Numbered from the stretch's first letter, positions 1 to 9,230 are shown. The stretch is DNA of 43,542 nucleotides from a virus (IMGVR_UViG_3300047409_000209:1-43542); one strand, 5' to 3'. Made by a program: numbers and translations. Notes: generated by a model from the sequence alone, not told the origin.

Positions 1-2
1 TG

Positions 3-1190
3 ATCGATCCGGCGAGCGTTACCATAACCGCGGCTTATGCCACCACCTATTCCATAGCCGGCCCCACGGGTGGAACCGCCGGCGTGCCTTCAACTAATTT
101 TACCGTGGGTTTGCACGCAGGAGATTCCGTCGCAGCTCCAGTTACCGTGACCCCGCACGATGGCGGCGCGGGCGGGACGTTCACGCCGGCGAGCGTGAGT
201 ATCACGACCGGCGCGCCTTCCGCCACGTTTACCTATACCGCTGCTTCAGCGGGAGCCAAAACGATCAGCGTAACTAACAGCGCGGGCATGACCGATCCCG
301 CGACGCTGACCTACACAGCGGCGCCCGGGTTATTGCATGACGGCGATCCGGTCAGTTCATGGCTGGATTCAAGCGGCAACGGGCATAACGCCTCGCAGAC
401 CGGCAGTGCGCGGCCAATCTTTAAGACCGGCATCATAGGCGGTAAACCTGTAGTGCGGTTCACAAGCGCAGCGCACTCCGGGTTAAACCTTGCCACCGCA
501 ATTCCCGCTGATGCGCCGTGGACAATCTTTGCGGTGATGAAAGCCAATTCCGGCACGGTGGCGCAGTATTCACTAAATACGACCGGCGGAGTGAACTGGC
601 CATCCGGCCCGTTAGAAGGCGCAGACGGGAACTTTTATTTCGCAAACAAAACCATTTTCAGCAGCATCTTAAATAATTATACCGCAGCATGGCATATCTT
701 TGCGGTAGGTTATGATGTTGGTTCCTCTTTAGCCCATGTTGATGGCACAAACGTCGCGACCGGTGGTGGTGCCATAACAGCCACATGGGATTTTAACACG
801 CTGGGCTATAACGGGTCTGGAACGCCAGATTATTCAGACGGCGACCTTGCCGAAGTCATCATGTATTCAGGGTCAGTCGCCATAAGGGCAAAGCTGCTTC
901 TGGTGCTCACGGCTTTAATAACTACTGGTCAAATCCCTTCGCCAGACGAAGCCGATGCGATGCTGGCGGCTGGCGATCTGGTGGCCCTTGAAGCGTATCT
1001 GATACTGCACGGTGTTCCCGTAGAACAAGCTAGGGACACACTGGAGCCAATGACGGTAGGCGACCGCGCCAATATCGAGAAATATCTGAGCACCAAATAC
1101 GGGATAACAGTTTCCAGTGGCGGGACTGCCGTTGATCCTTCGACCGTGGCAGGACTGCTCGGCTGGTGGAAAGCGGATTCACTGGGATGA
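3..1190 (+). CDS. 5'-truncated virion protein: Ig-like beta repeat plus ConA/LamG-like lectin domain; probably the C-terminus of the ORF starting at 41898
   Basis: Frame is open from base 3 (IDPASVTITAAY...). Repeat unit GAGGTFTPASV...AGAKTISVTN also occurs at 43380-43540. Motifs DGDPVSSWLDSSGNG and GDLAEVIMY...EKYLSTKYGI. Confidence 0.75.
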   Translation: MDPASVTITAAYATTYSIAGPTGGTAGVPSTNFTVGLHAGDSVAAPVTVTPHDGGAGGTFTPASVSITTGAPSATFTYTAASAGAKTISVTNSAGMTDPATLTYTAAPGLLHDGDPVSSWLDSSGNGHNASQTGSARPIFKTGIIGGKPVVRFTSAAHSGLNLATAIPADAPWTIFAVMKANSGTVAQYSLNTTGGVNWPSGPLEGADGNFYFANKTIFSSILNNYTAAWHIFAVGYDVGSSLAHVDGTNVATGGGAITATWDFNTLGYNGSGTPDYSDGDLAEVIMYSGSVAIRAKLLLVLTALITTGQIPSPDEADAMLAAGDLVALEAYLILHGVPVEQARDTLEPMTVGDRANIEKYLSTKYGITVSSGGTAVDPSTVAGLLGWWKADSLG

Positions 1191-1300
1191 CCGCGTATAG
1201 CTCAACTTCGTTTCGCCACGCGGCTGGCCGCGTGGGAACCTCGTTCCTTTACGCGGTTGGATCGCGTGGTCCGACCGTGAGGGAGGATTTTACGCGATGA
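1187..1300 (+). repeat. Hairpin repeat family F, copy 1, spanned by a 37-aa bridging ORF
   Basis: ACCGCGTA 1190-1197 pairs with TACGCGGT 1250-1257, with an inner CCACGCGG/CCGCGTGG stem. Ends TTTTACGCGATGA, as does the 32019 copy. Confidence 0.7.
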
Positions 1301-2565
1301 TTAACACCCCGATCTACAAGGGCAAACTGCAAAGCGATCTGGACTTTGCGGGGTTTAACGCGCTTAATTTTCCGGGCGGCGGCGGCAGCGGTGGAACGGG
1401 ATTGCTCCCGGGAATGGTCAATGTCAAAGACCCGCCTTACAACGCCAAGGGTGACAACATCACCGATGACACGGCGGCGATTCAGGCCGCGCTTAACTAT
1501 CTCGGCACCTTGTGGGGTGGCGGCACGTTGTTCTTTCCGGTGGGTGCTTACTTATGCAACGGGCCTTGGGATGCTACGACAAACAGCATCCTGAAGATTC
1601 CGTATCAGGCGGACCAGAGTCTCAATAGCGCTATCGCGTTACAGGGTGAAATCAACTCGTGGGGCCGTGCAATTTTGCGGACAACCCGAACTGACGGCGC
1701 GGGATTGTTTCCAGCGATACTGGCGGCTAACACTCCGCAGGGAACGCCGGCAGATGAGTTATCCACCGGTTATTTCAATCTCACTTACGCCATCATTAAA
1801 AACATGGGATTCCAGGTGCCGGCCAATCCGACAATGGGCGGGGTGCGCTTTGACACGGTTTGTAACGCTGATGTTGAAGATGTTCAAATTTTCGCGGCGA
1901 GCGTGAGCGCCACCGAACCGGGCAACGACACGGTGGGCCTATGGATGCCCAACGGCGGCAACTTCGGAATCTCCAACGCGAACAACGTGCAGGTAATTGG
2001 ATTTCGTAACGGATTCTTTATCTCGGAACATTTCATCGGGCGCAACCTGTTTGCATACGCTTGCAAGGTGGGGCTCGGAACCCTGGTGGGGTATCAATCG
2101 GCGCAGGTAAACATCAATTCTTTGTGGAACCAGATAGCGATTCAAAACAGAGGGATCCATCTGCCAGTCGAGATTCATGCGCGGATGGAGGACGCCGACA
2201 TGCGCGGCGGTTCAGGAGCGCAAACATGGCAAACGATGGTCAGCCACGTGGACGACGCGAGTAACACGATTTGGGGCACGATGAATTACGTTCACGTCCA
2301 CGAACCGGAACGTATGCGCGGGGACATTGTGCTCAACGGCGCGGCGAATCTTCGCCTGTTCAACATGTACACGTCATCGAACGGTTGGAACCGCCACAGC
2401 GCATCGACGGTTGCGGCTTTGCCAGCGTCACCGGTAGCGGGACAGACAGCTTTTGTCAGTGACGGCGCCGCTTCTCTGGCGTGGGGTGCGACAGTGACCG
2501 GCGGCGGATCGACGAAATACCTTTGTTTGTTTAACGGCGCTAACTGGACGGTGGCGGGCAAATGA
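1297..2565 (+). CDS. Tailspike / beta-helix polysaccharide depolymerase (pectate lyase 3-like)
   Basis: VNVKDPPYNAKGDNITDDTAAIQAAL...GGGTLFFPVGAY motif followed by beta-helix-like sequence. Confidence 0.8.
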   Translation: MINTPIYKGKLQSDLDFAGFNALNFPGGGGSGGTGLLPGMVNVKDPPYNAKGDNITDDTAAIQAALNYLGTLWGGGTLFFPVGAYLCNGPWDATTNSILKIPYQADQSLNSAIALQGEINSWGRAILRTTRTDGAGLFPAILAANTPQGTPADELSTGYFNLTYAIIKNMGFQVPANPTMGGVRFDTVCNADVEDVQIFAASVSATEPGNDTVGLWMPNGGNFGISNANNVQVIGFRNGFFISEHFIGRNLFAYACKVGLGTLVGYQSAQVNINSLWNQIAIQNRGIHLPVEIHARMEDADMRGGSGAQTWQTMVSHVDDASNTIWGTMNYVHVHEPERMRGDIVLNGAANLRLFNMYTSSNGWNRHSASTVAALPASPVAGQTAFVSDGAASLAWGATVTGGGSTKYLCLFNGANWTVAGK

Positions 2566-2645
2566 TCATGGCAACGAAAATCATCCTGGCGTTGATCGTG
2601 ATTGCTGCGCTCGTGCTGGGTGCCTGGTGGCTACTGGACCAATGA
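2562..2645 (+). CDS. 27-aa single-transmembrane peptide
   Basis: MIMATKIILALIVIAALVLGAWWLLDQ, with ATGA overlaps to both neighbours. Confidence 0.55.
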   Translation: MIMATKIILALIVIAALVLGAWWLLDQ

Positions 2646-4162
2646 GGACGATCCCTTTCAAGGAGGTGCTTTGGTCGATCGCCTACAAACTGGGGCTGGA
2701 TCCGGCGCAGGAGTTTCTTACCGACGAAGGGGAATCGTTGTGCAGTTACATTAACGCCTGGGTGCGGCGCTCGTGGGATCTCCAGGATTTCCCGGAGTGG
2801 ACCAGCATCACGGAGTTTGGCGTAGCGGATAATCACATGATCCCCTGGCGCGCGTTTCCGGTGGGCGCACCTGAGCCAGTGGAGCTCTCGCGGCCGCTTA
2901 AAGTTTACCTCATTGATCCGCGGTTTTCGCCTTACCCCATTGACGCGCGCTTTCGCGCGTGGGATGAAGGGTTGCACGTGGGGTTCGATCACGGGGCGAC
3001 GGTCTGGATTAAATACCTGCCGCTGCCGCCCAAGTTTACTTCGGTGAAATGGGATCCCGCACGGAGTTACGCAGGCGGCGATCTCACTTACGCCCCCGTG
3101 ACCGGCGAATGTTACTCGAGCCTGATCTCCGGCAACCTCGGCAACGATCCCACGATCGGGTTTACCTCGCCGCTTTCTACCAGGATCACACAAACCGCGG
3201 TGCCGCCTGATCCGGGGCAGGACGCGCAAAATGAGATCATGGAGGCATACGCTTACCCGGCGACGCTGGGAGATGCGCCAACGCCAACGGTGCCGCCGGT
3301 GGGCACGATTTTCAAACTCACCGTAATGGACCAGGCCGGCACGGTAACGCATGGGGACGTGAGTTATACCGTGCTGACCGGTGACACCTTCACCAATATC
3401 GTAAACGGTCTTGCAGCACTGCTTACCGCGGCGCCGGGCATGGCCGGGTTTATTATCACGCCCGCACCCTTTAAGGTTCGGCTGGAGAAGAACGAGGACT
3501 TTCAGCTATCGGCCTGGTATCAGACAGCGCCGGGAATCAGCACCCATCACGTTAATAGAAAGGTGCAGGTGCAGGCTTATTTACCGACTGTGCCGCCCGC
3601 TCCCGGCCTGCCGCAGATCACGCAAGTGACAATTTCGCAGGGCCAGGTGAAGGGATGCACCACTTACAGCCTGACGTTTCGGGACCCGGATAGCAGCGGA
3701 TTTGGCGAAGCTGTGCCACACACGGCGAGCTATTACTCCGAAGCCGGCGAAGGGCTCACGCAAATCCTGAATGGCCTGGCCGCGGCCATAAACGGATCCA
3801 TCGATCCGTGGTTTACGAACGTCACCGTGAGCGTGAACACCTCGCTTGGCACACTCACGATTTACAGCATGGGCGGGGTAAGCACCGACGCCAGCATGAC
3901 CCCGGAAAATTCTACTTACTGGGCGCGCGTGCTATTCCCCTACGCGCTCATGGAGCCGGTGACACGTGGCGCTTACGCCGACGCGCTGAAGGAAGCCGGA
4001 CAGACTGATAAAGGCATGGCCGAAGAGCAGGGCGCGGTAGCGGACGCGAGCGATCGCATAGGCAAAGCGAACGCGCCGGCATACACCGCGCTCACAGACC
4101 AGCAACGTCCATCGCCGCGCTATCGCACCACGCCTAGAACGCCGGCGGCAACGGGAAGCTAA
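2642..4162 (+). CDS. Head-tail adaptor / tail tubular A-like protein with a large internal beta-rich insertion
   Basis: N-terminus MRTIPFKEVL...INAWVRRSWDLQDFPEWT resembles the 41898 ORF (MRTVTFKSV...LNARVQTAWFLWEWPEWT). Function inferred from architecture and context. Confidence 0.55.
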   Translation: MRTIPFKEVLWSIAYKLGLDPAQEFLTDEGESLCSYINAWVRRSWDLQDFPEWTSITEFGVADNHMIPWRAFPVGAPEPVELSRPLKVYLIDPRFSPYPIDARFRAWDEGLHVGFDHGATVWIKYLPLPPKFTSVKWDPARSYAGGDLTYAPVTGECYSSLISGNLGNDPTIGFTSPLSTRITQTAVPPDPGQDAQNEIMEAYAYPATLGDAPTPTVPPVGTIFKLTVMDQAGTVTHGDVSYTVLTGDTFTNIVNGLAALLTAAPGMAGFIITPAPFKVRLEKNEDFQLSAWYQTAPGISTHHVNRKVQVQAYLPTVPPAPGLPQITQVTISQGQVKGCTTYSLTFRDPDSSGFGEAVPHTASYYSEAGEGLTQILNGLAAAINGSIDPWFTNVTVSVNTSLGTLTIYSMGGVSTDASMTPENSTYWARVLFPYALMEPVTRGAYADALKEAGQTDKGMAEEQGAVADASDRIGKANAPAYTALTDQQRPSPRYRTTPRTPAATGS

Positions 4163-4173
4163 GAATGCAGAGA

Positions 4174-4261
4174 TCTCACACCAAGGTCACGAAGGAGCAC
4201 AAAGGAGAACGGGATTCTTACTTAGTGCAACTTTGTGAACCGTTGTGGCCTTTGTGCGAGG
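4174..4261. repeat. Hairpin repeat family A, copy 1
   Basis: CTCACACCAAGGTCACGAAGG...CTTTGTG...TTTGTGCGAG imperfect inverted repeat with roughly 9-nt periodic arms. Confidence 0.85.
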
Positions 4262-4277
4262 AAAGAGGAAAGCTGGA

Positions 4278-6497
4278 ATGGTAGAGGATCCGGAAAACAA
4301 CATCGAGCTTTGGAGCGATGAGCCGAAGCTGAACGAGATCATCGAGGAGCTGGACCAGGCGCAATCGGATGCGAACTGGTTTTACCGGCGCATGGATCAG
4401 GCCCGGAGCTGGTGGTATTCGCAGTGGCAGGGGCAGACGATCGACGGCCGCAAGCACGTGCAATTCCAGGGCGCGGATTGTTTCCCGTGGGATGGCGCCA
4501 GCGATAGCCGGTTGCGGATCGTGGCTACGCTTATCTCTGACCAGGTGAGCGTGCGGAAATTTGCTTTCTTCCAATCGAAGATACAAGCGCGCAGCGTGCG
4601 CCCGTTACAGCAGGCCGGGGAAAGTAATAAGAGCACCAAGCTACTGCAATGGACGGTTTACAATCATATGTGGCCGCAGGTGTTGCGCGAGGTGCCGCTC
4701 GTGTTCAACTGGTGGCAGGGCTACGGGGTAGGCTTTCTCGGCATCGAATGGGAGCAGCAACGCCGGCTCGAGGTTCACCAGATTTCGTTGCAAGACCTGG
4801 GGCAGATCCTCGGCGCGCTCGGGATCGACCAAGGGCCGCAGATGGGAGATGGAAGTTCGCAGATGGCAGGGCAGATCCTCGAAATCCTCATGGATCCCAC
4901 GCACGAGGATGATCTTACCACGCTCATGCAACAGCTTTCGCCTATCCTTAGCCGGCCGGATGCGCGCAAGATCGTGACCAGCTTGCGCAAGACAGGCACA
5001 GCGAGCGTGCCGGTGGCTTATCCGTTCATTAACAAACCGCGGTGGACCGCGCTGCGCCCGTGCGTGGATGTGCTCTTCCCATCTGAGACGAGCGATCTCC
5101 AGGAGGCGCGCTGGTTTTGTCGCATGGACGATTGGGTGAGCGAGACGGAGCTAACTGATCGAATCGAGACGGACGGCTACGACCCGGCGTTTGTGGACAA
5201 GTTGAAAGAGCAGAAGGGCATAGCGGGCCTGGCTTCACAGCCGTGGAGCGCGCAACCATGGAGCACTCGCGACGGCACCAGCCGCGACGGCGGCGCGCCG
5301 CGGAGCTACCGCAATCTCATGCAGCTTTATCACTTCTACTACAAGGCGCTCGATAACGGGACGCCGTGCATGTATAAGACCGTTTTTAGCCCGCTGGTAA
5401 AGGCGGACAACGGGAAGCCGCTGTGCGCGAAGCACGGCATGGCGGAGTATAACCACGGGCAATACCCGGCAATCGAGTTTTGCCGGCGCACAGAGGATCG
5501 CCGCATCCTGGGCAGCATGGGCATCTGCGAGGAGAGCTACACAGATGAGCTTGATGTGAAGCGTCAGCAGGACGGGTTAAGCGATCGGACAAGCCTGTGT
5601 CACCGGCCGCCGATGATCGTCCCCTACTCCCGGGTGAAAGACATTAAAGGCACACCGATCCCGGGCGCGGTGCTGGGTGTCTCGCGTCCGCGCGAAGTGG
5701 ATTGGATGCCGATGCCGCCGACTGATGGCACGCCGATCCAGGTCATCGAAATGGTGCAACAACGAATCGACCGGCGCTATGGCCTATTCGGTGTGAACGT
5801 GGACCCCGAGCTAAAGCAGATGCGCCGGCAGGAAGCCGGCCAGGACACGCTCGCGCTCATGGGCCTGGTGCTCGAGCAGACGTGGCAACTCATGCAGCAA
5901 TACGAAGCCCCGGAAGAAGTGGCGGAAGTGATCGGCCAACTGGCGCGACCTTTCCCTGTGAGCCGGGAAGAGATCCAGGGGAAACACGAGATCAGCGCCA
6001 CCACCGATATGCGGATGATGGATGCCGATTACGCGCAGGAGAAAATGGCGCTGATCGGGCAGGCGCTCGCGTTCAAGCAGGAAGGGATGCTCTTTAACAT
6101 GGCCGTGGAAGCGATCGATCCCGATGCCGCGGACGCTCTCGAGCAAAACCAGGTAAGCCCCGAGGCGCAACAGAAAGAGCAACAGGACGAGCTAAACGCG
6201 ATCTCGCAAGCCTTTGCCGGCGTGGAGCCGCCGCTCCCGATGTATGCCAATAACCAGCTACGGCTCCAGGTGCTCATGCAAAACACCATCCAAAGCCCTA
6301 ACCCGATGATGGCGCAGCGCCTTCAACTGATGCCCGATACCCAAAAGATTTTACAGAACCGCGCGCAATTCTTCCAAAACCAGATCCAGCAATTCACGCA
6401 AAACCCGGTGATCGGGAGGGCGCTACAAACCAGCACCTTCCAACCCAAACAAGCGCCGCAACTCATGGCCCCGCCGGGCGGGCAACAAGGAGGATAA
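4278..6497 (+). CDS. Portal protein
   Basis: About 740 aa, largely helical, with FPWDGASD near the N-terminus and a Q-rich tail, resembling P22-like portals. The ATG at 4278 is preferred because the track start lies inside the repeat. Confidence 0.7.
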   Translation: MVEDPENNIELWSDEPKLNEIIEELDQAQSDANWFYRRMDQARSWWYSQWQGQTIDGRKHVQFQGADCFPWDGASDSRLRIVATLISDQVSVRKFAFFQSKIQARSVRPLQQAGESNKSTKLLQWTVYNHMWPQVLREVPLVFNWWQGYGVGFLGIEWEQQRRLEVHQISLQDLGQILGALGIDQGPQMGDGSSQMAGQILEILMDPTHEDDLTTLMQQLSPILSRPDARKIVTSLRKTGTASVPVAYPFINKPRWTALRPCVDVLFPSETSDLQEARWFCRMDDWVSETELTDRIETDGYDPAFVDKLKEQKGIAGLASQPWSAQPWSTRDGTSRDGGAPRSYRNLMQLYHFYYKALDNGTPCMYKTVFSPLVKADNGKPLCAKHGMAEYNHGQYPAIEFCRRTEDRRILGSMGICEESYTDELDVKRQQDGLSDRTSLCHRPPMIVPYSRVKDIKGTPIPGAVLGVSRPREVDWMPMPPTDGTPIQVIEMVQQRIDRRYGLFGVNVDPELKQMRRQEAGQDTLALMGLVLEQTWQLMQQYEAPEEVAEVIGQLARPFPVSREEIQGKHEISATTDMRMMDADYAQEKMALIGQALAFKQEGMLFNMAVEAIDPDAADALEQNQVSPEAQQKEQQDELNAISQAFAGVEPPLPMYANNQLRLQVLMQNTIQSPNPMMAQRLQLMPDTQKILQNRAQFFQNQIQQFTQNPVIGRALQTSTFQPKQAPQLMAPPGGQQGG

Positions 6498-6594
6498 TGA
6501 ATCAGGAAAGCAGGAAAGCAGGAAAACAAGGGAATAAAGACGACTTCCTCTTAAATCCCCTTCGGGGACCAGAGGGTTCCTGCTTTCCTAATTC
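6497..6594. repeat. Repeat family C (GAATCAGGAAAGCAGGAAAGCAGGAA), full hairpin copy
   Basis: Left arm pairs with TTCCTGCTTTCCTAATTC at 6577-6594. Left arms alone recur at 14737, 35374 and 41334. Confidence 0.85.
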
Positions 6595-6620
6595 AAATCC
6601 TCTTATTGGGGGTGTCAGTC

Positions 6621-6782
6621 ATGGTTAGACTACTAAGAGGATTTTTCGGGAGCTTTACGGCTTACGCTTTGCAAGGCTACGAGCTGGTGCCGATAGGGCC
6701 TATCACCGGGACGATCGCGTTTGATGGGCAGGTAAACAGTGGCGATTGCTCGCTGGGCACCGCAACGTTTGGCAGCCGATGA
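6621..6782 (+). CDS. 53-aa hypothetical protein
   Basis: ATG-TGA frame filling the gap between two repeats; contains YELVPIGPI. Confidence 0.45.
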   Translation: MVRLLRGFFGSFTAYALQGYELVPIGPITGTIAFDGQVNSGDCSLGTATFGSR

Positions 6783-6815
<33 letters not shown>

Positions 6816-6823
6816 TTTAGAAA

Positions 6824-7582
6824 ATGGGCCAGGACGCAGAGTGCTATCAGAAAACGGTAGATGACAGGGCGATCATCCTGAATCCGCGCGCTTATTATTT
6901 CCATCCGTTCCTGGCACCGGACTGGACGGACTTGCGGCTGGGCTTCTTTCTTAGCCTCACGGATAAGACGAATGACGATCTGACCACGGGCTTTGCGGAA
7001 ACGATCCCGAATCCGCCTGTGCTTTCGGCGTTCGATCGTTATTGGCTGGGTGTAACGGATAGCGTTACCGGCAAGACGTTCGCAGGGTTTACGAATACGG
7101 CGGCCCAAATACCCGATAGACAGGGAGCCAGCACACTTATTGCCAGCGACGCCGGCACGGGCACGGGCACAGCTTTCTGGCGCCCCGGCAATTCAGTGAA
7201 TACCCAGTTTTATAGCGCCGCGATCTTTGATAACGACACGAACAGGACGCCGAGCATTACAGATTTACAGCAACATTTCCCGCAGGACGCCGGCACGGTG
7301 GCGGCCGGTTACGCCGTGCTCCTGGGGCTGCAACTCACTCGTGATAATACGACCTCAAAGAACATCACGATGAACATTAAGAGCACCACCAAAAGCGCGG
7401 ACATGCTCTATAGCAACACCCCCACCAAGGAACTGATACGCTCGAGCCTGGATCCGTGGCCGGCTAGTAAGCAACTGGGGCCGGTGCTGGTGAGCAATGT
7501 GCCGGATACCTTCTTCTTTTACTGGCCGTTTCATAATTCACGGCTCCGGGTGCATTCCCTGGGGTTCTTACGCGCGGCATGA
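6824..7582 (+). CDS. Hypothetical protein, probably structural
   Basis: 252-aa beta-rich ORF within the structural region. Confidence 0.7.
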   Translation: MGQDAECYQKTVDDRAIILNPRAYYFHPFLAPDWTDLRLGFFLSLTDKTNDDLTTGFAETIPNPPVLSAFDRYWLGVTDSVTGKTFAGFTNTAAQIPDRQGASTLIASDAGTGTGTAFWRPGNSVNTQFYSAAIFDNDTNRTPSITDLQQHFPQDAGTVAAGYAVLLGLQLTRDNTTSKNITMNIKSTTKSADMLYSNTPTKELIRSSLDPWPASKQLGPVLVSNVPDTFFFYWPFHNSRLRVHSLGFLRAA

Positions 7583-8448
7583 ATGATGACCACGGGCCAA
7601 CTCACCTCGATCTCTTTAGCGGCATTGGCGGATTCGCCCTTGCCGCGAAATGGGCAGGATTCCGAACAGTCGCCTTTGTCGAACTCGACAAATACTGCCA
7701 GAAAGTGCTCGCCAAGAACTTCGGATGCTTGGGAGAACGAGCCGCCGCCGGATTTCTCTGCGGGAGTAACTTGGCCGACACCGAGCGTTCACGGAAACTA
7801 CAACCGCAAGGGACTGAGCAAGAGCAGCGGTGACGGAATGGCTACGGCGGTCCTGAAATCCACGCCAACATCTTCGACCTCGACGGAACAGCCTACCGTG
7901 GTGTCTCCCTCATCACAGGCGGATTTCCTTGCCAGCCTTTCAGCGTTGCCGGGAAGCGACGAGGCGCGGCAGATGACCGTGCTATCTGGCCGCAGATGTT
8001 CCGCGTTATTAGCGAAGCAAGACCCGCTTGGGTGCTTGGCGAAAACGTTCCTGGAATCATCCCGATGGAACTCGACAACGTGCTTTCTGACCTGGAAGGA
8101 ATCGGCTACGCCACAAGGGCGTTTGTTATACCGGCTTGTGCCGTCGATGCCAGACACAGACGAGATAGATTGTGGATTGTCTGTTCACGACTGGCCGACC
8201 CCCAAGGAATCGGATCACAAGAAGGTGAGCAATGGCAAGTACCATCAGGGCAGGATAGAGAATGGCCGGGAGAACGACGACTTGCCAACAAAGGTTGTTT
8301 CGATACAGGGCGGGAATGGCTCCCTGAACCCGACGTGGGTCGAGTGGCTCATGGGGTATCCAAGCGGGTGGACAGACTTAAAGGACTCGGTAACAGCATC
8401 GTCCCTCAAGTCGCCTATGAAATACTGAGCGCGTTACGGGCGGCGTGA
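7579..8448 (+). pseudogene. C5 cytosine DNA methyltransferase catalytic frame interrupted by one in-frame TGA at 7831-7833
   Basis: LDLFSGIGG (motif I), GGFPCQPFS (IV), ENVPG (VI), HRRDRLW (VIII) and LGNSIVPQV (X) are all in one frame. Confidence 0.8.
7583..8428 (+). CDS. Overlapping +1-frame ORF, probable second subunit of the C5 methyltransferase
   Basis: Intact 281-codon frame with two WPTP motifs and LNPTWVEWLMGYPSGWT, a motif IX-like segment absent from the main frame. True start is uncertain. Confidence 0.65.
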   Translation: MMTTGQLTSISLAALADSPLPRNGQDSEQSPLSNSTNTARKCSPRTSDAWENEPPPDFSAGVTWPTPSVHGNYNRKGLSKSSGDGMATAVLKSTPTSSTSTEQPTVVSPSSQADFLASLSALPGSDEARQMTVLSGRRCSALLAKQDPLGCLAKTFLESSRWNSTTCFLTWKESATPQGRLLYRLVPSMPDTDEIDCGLSVHDWPTPKESDHKKVSNGKYHQGRIENGRENDDLPTKVVSIQGGNGSLNPTWVEWLMGYPSGWTDLKDSVTASSLKSPMKY

Positions 8449-8452
8449 TGAA

Positions 8453-8489
8453 GAAAATCAGAAAACGGAAAACAGAAAGTAGAAAACGA
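8453..8489. repeat. Purine-rich heptamer tandem repeat
   Basis: gaaaatcagaaaacggaaaacagaaagtagaaaac; a similar run lies at 8871-8903. Confidence 0.65.
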
Positions 8490-8504
8490 ACAAGGAGAAA
8501 ACCC

Positions 8505-8879
8505 ATGAGTAATAAAACAGAAACCAAATTGACGCCTGCGGAGGCAGAGGAGCAGGCGTTCCTGGCGAAGCAGGTAAAGGAACCCCTGCACCATCCGAAG
8601 AAGAACGCAGGCGATCCGGCAGCTGCCGGACCGACTACAGCAGACGGATCAGAACAATACGCGGGCGAGGAGTTTCTGCCGCCACCGGATCCGCCGGTAG
8701 TGCCTTCATTTCCGAAGCCGCCGGCGACGGGGTATGAAGTGGACAATCAGCAGAAGGGCGCGCAACCGGAAGCTACCGCGGTGCGCGAGATGGAGCTCCT
8801 ACAGGTGGGCACCCGCGGGGAAGGCCCCGCGCCGGAACCGCCCGAGGAAGCGCCGCCGCCAGAGGGAAAGAAAAGCTGA
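8505..8879 (+). CDS. Pro/Glu-rich disordered hypothetical protein
   Basis: AAGGAGA ribosome site precedes ATG 8505. Confidence 0.65.
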   Translation: MSNKTETKLTPAEAEEQAFLAKQVKEPLHHPKKNAGDPAAAGPTTADGSEQYAGEEFLPPPDPPVVPSFPKPPATGYEVDNQQKGAQPEATAVREMELLQVGTRGEGPAPEPPEEAPPPEGKKS

Positions 8880-8903
8880 AAGTTGAAAACAGAAAGCTGA
8901 AAG
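8871..8903. repeat. Heptamer tandem repeat
   Basis: aaaagctgaaagttgaaaacagaaagctgaaag. Confidence 0.7.
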
Positions 8904-8916
8904 GAAACAAAACACA

Positions 8917-9075
8917 ATGAGCTTACTTGTAATCTTTTACTGGATACTCCTGTTGCTATGGGTAATCGGAGCGTTTTCGGCAAAGTCATGGCCCAACTGG
9001 GGTTACGCGAACGCTATCCTGCTGCTGATCCTGTTCATCATCATCGGCATTAAAATTCTGAAACCTACCTGGTGA
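8917..9075 (+). CDS. 52-aa two-transmembrane protein (holin candidate)
   Basis: MSLLVIFYWILLLLWVIGAFSAKSWPNWGYANAILLLILFIIIGIKILKPTW; below the ORF-track size cutoff. Confidence 0.65.
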   Translation: MSLLVIFYWILLLLWVIGAFSAKSWPNWGYANAILLLILFIIIGIKILKPTW

Positions 9076-9077
9076 AC

Positions 9078-9230
9078 GTGGGACTGATTGTAATTATCAT
9101 CCTGATCCTGCTCTTAATCGGAGCAGTGCCGAACTGGCCGTATAACAGCGGCTGGGGTTACTATCCATCGGGCGGCATCGGGCTGGTGCTCCTTGTTATC
9201 GTGATCCTGGTAATACTCGGGCGGCTGTGA
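9078..9230 (+). CDS. DUF3309-family small membrane protein
   Basis: MGLIVIIILILLLIGAVPNWPYNSGWGYYPSGGIGLVLLVIVILVILGRL fits the family pattern as I recall it. GTG start at 9078 or 9072. Confidence 0.75.
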   Translation: MGLIVIIILILLLIGAVPNWPYNSGWGYYPSGGIGLVLLVIVILVILGRL

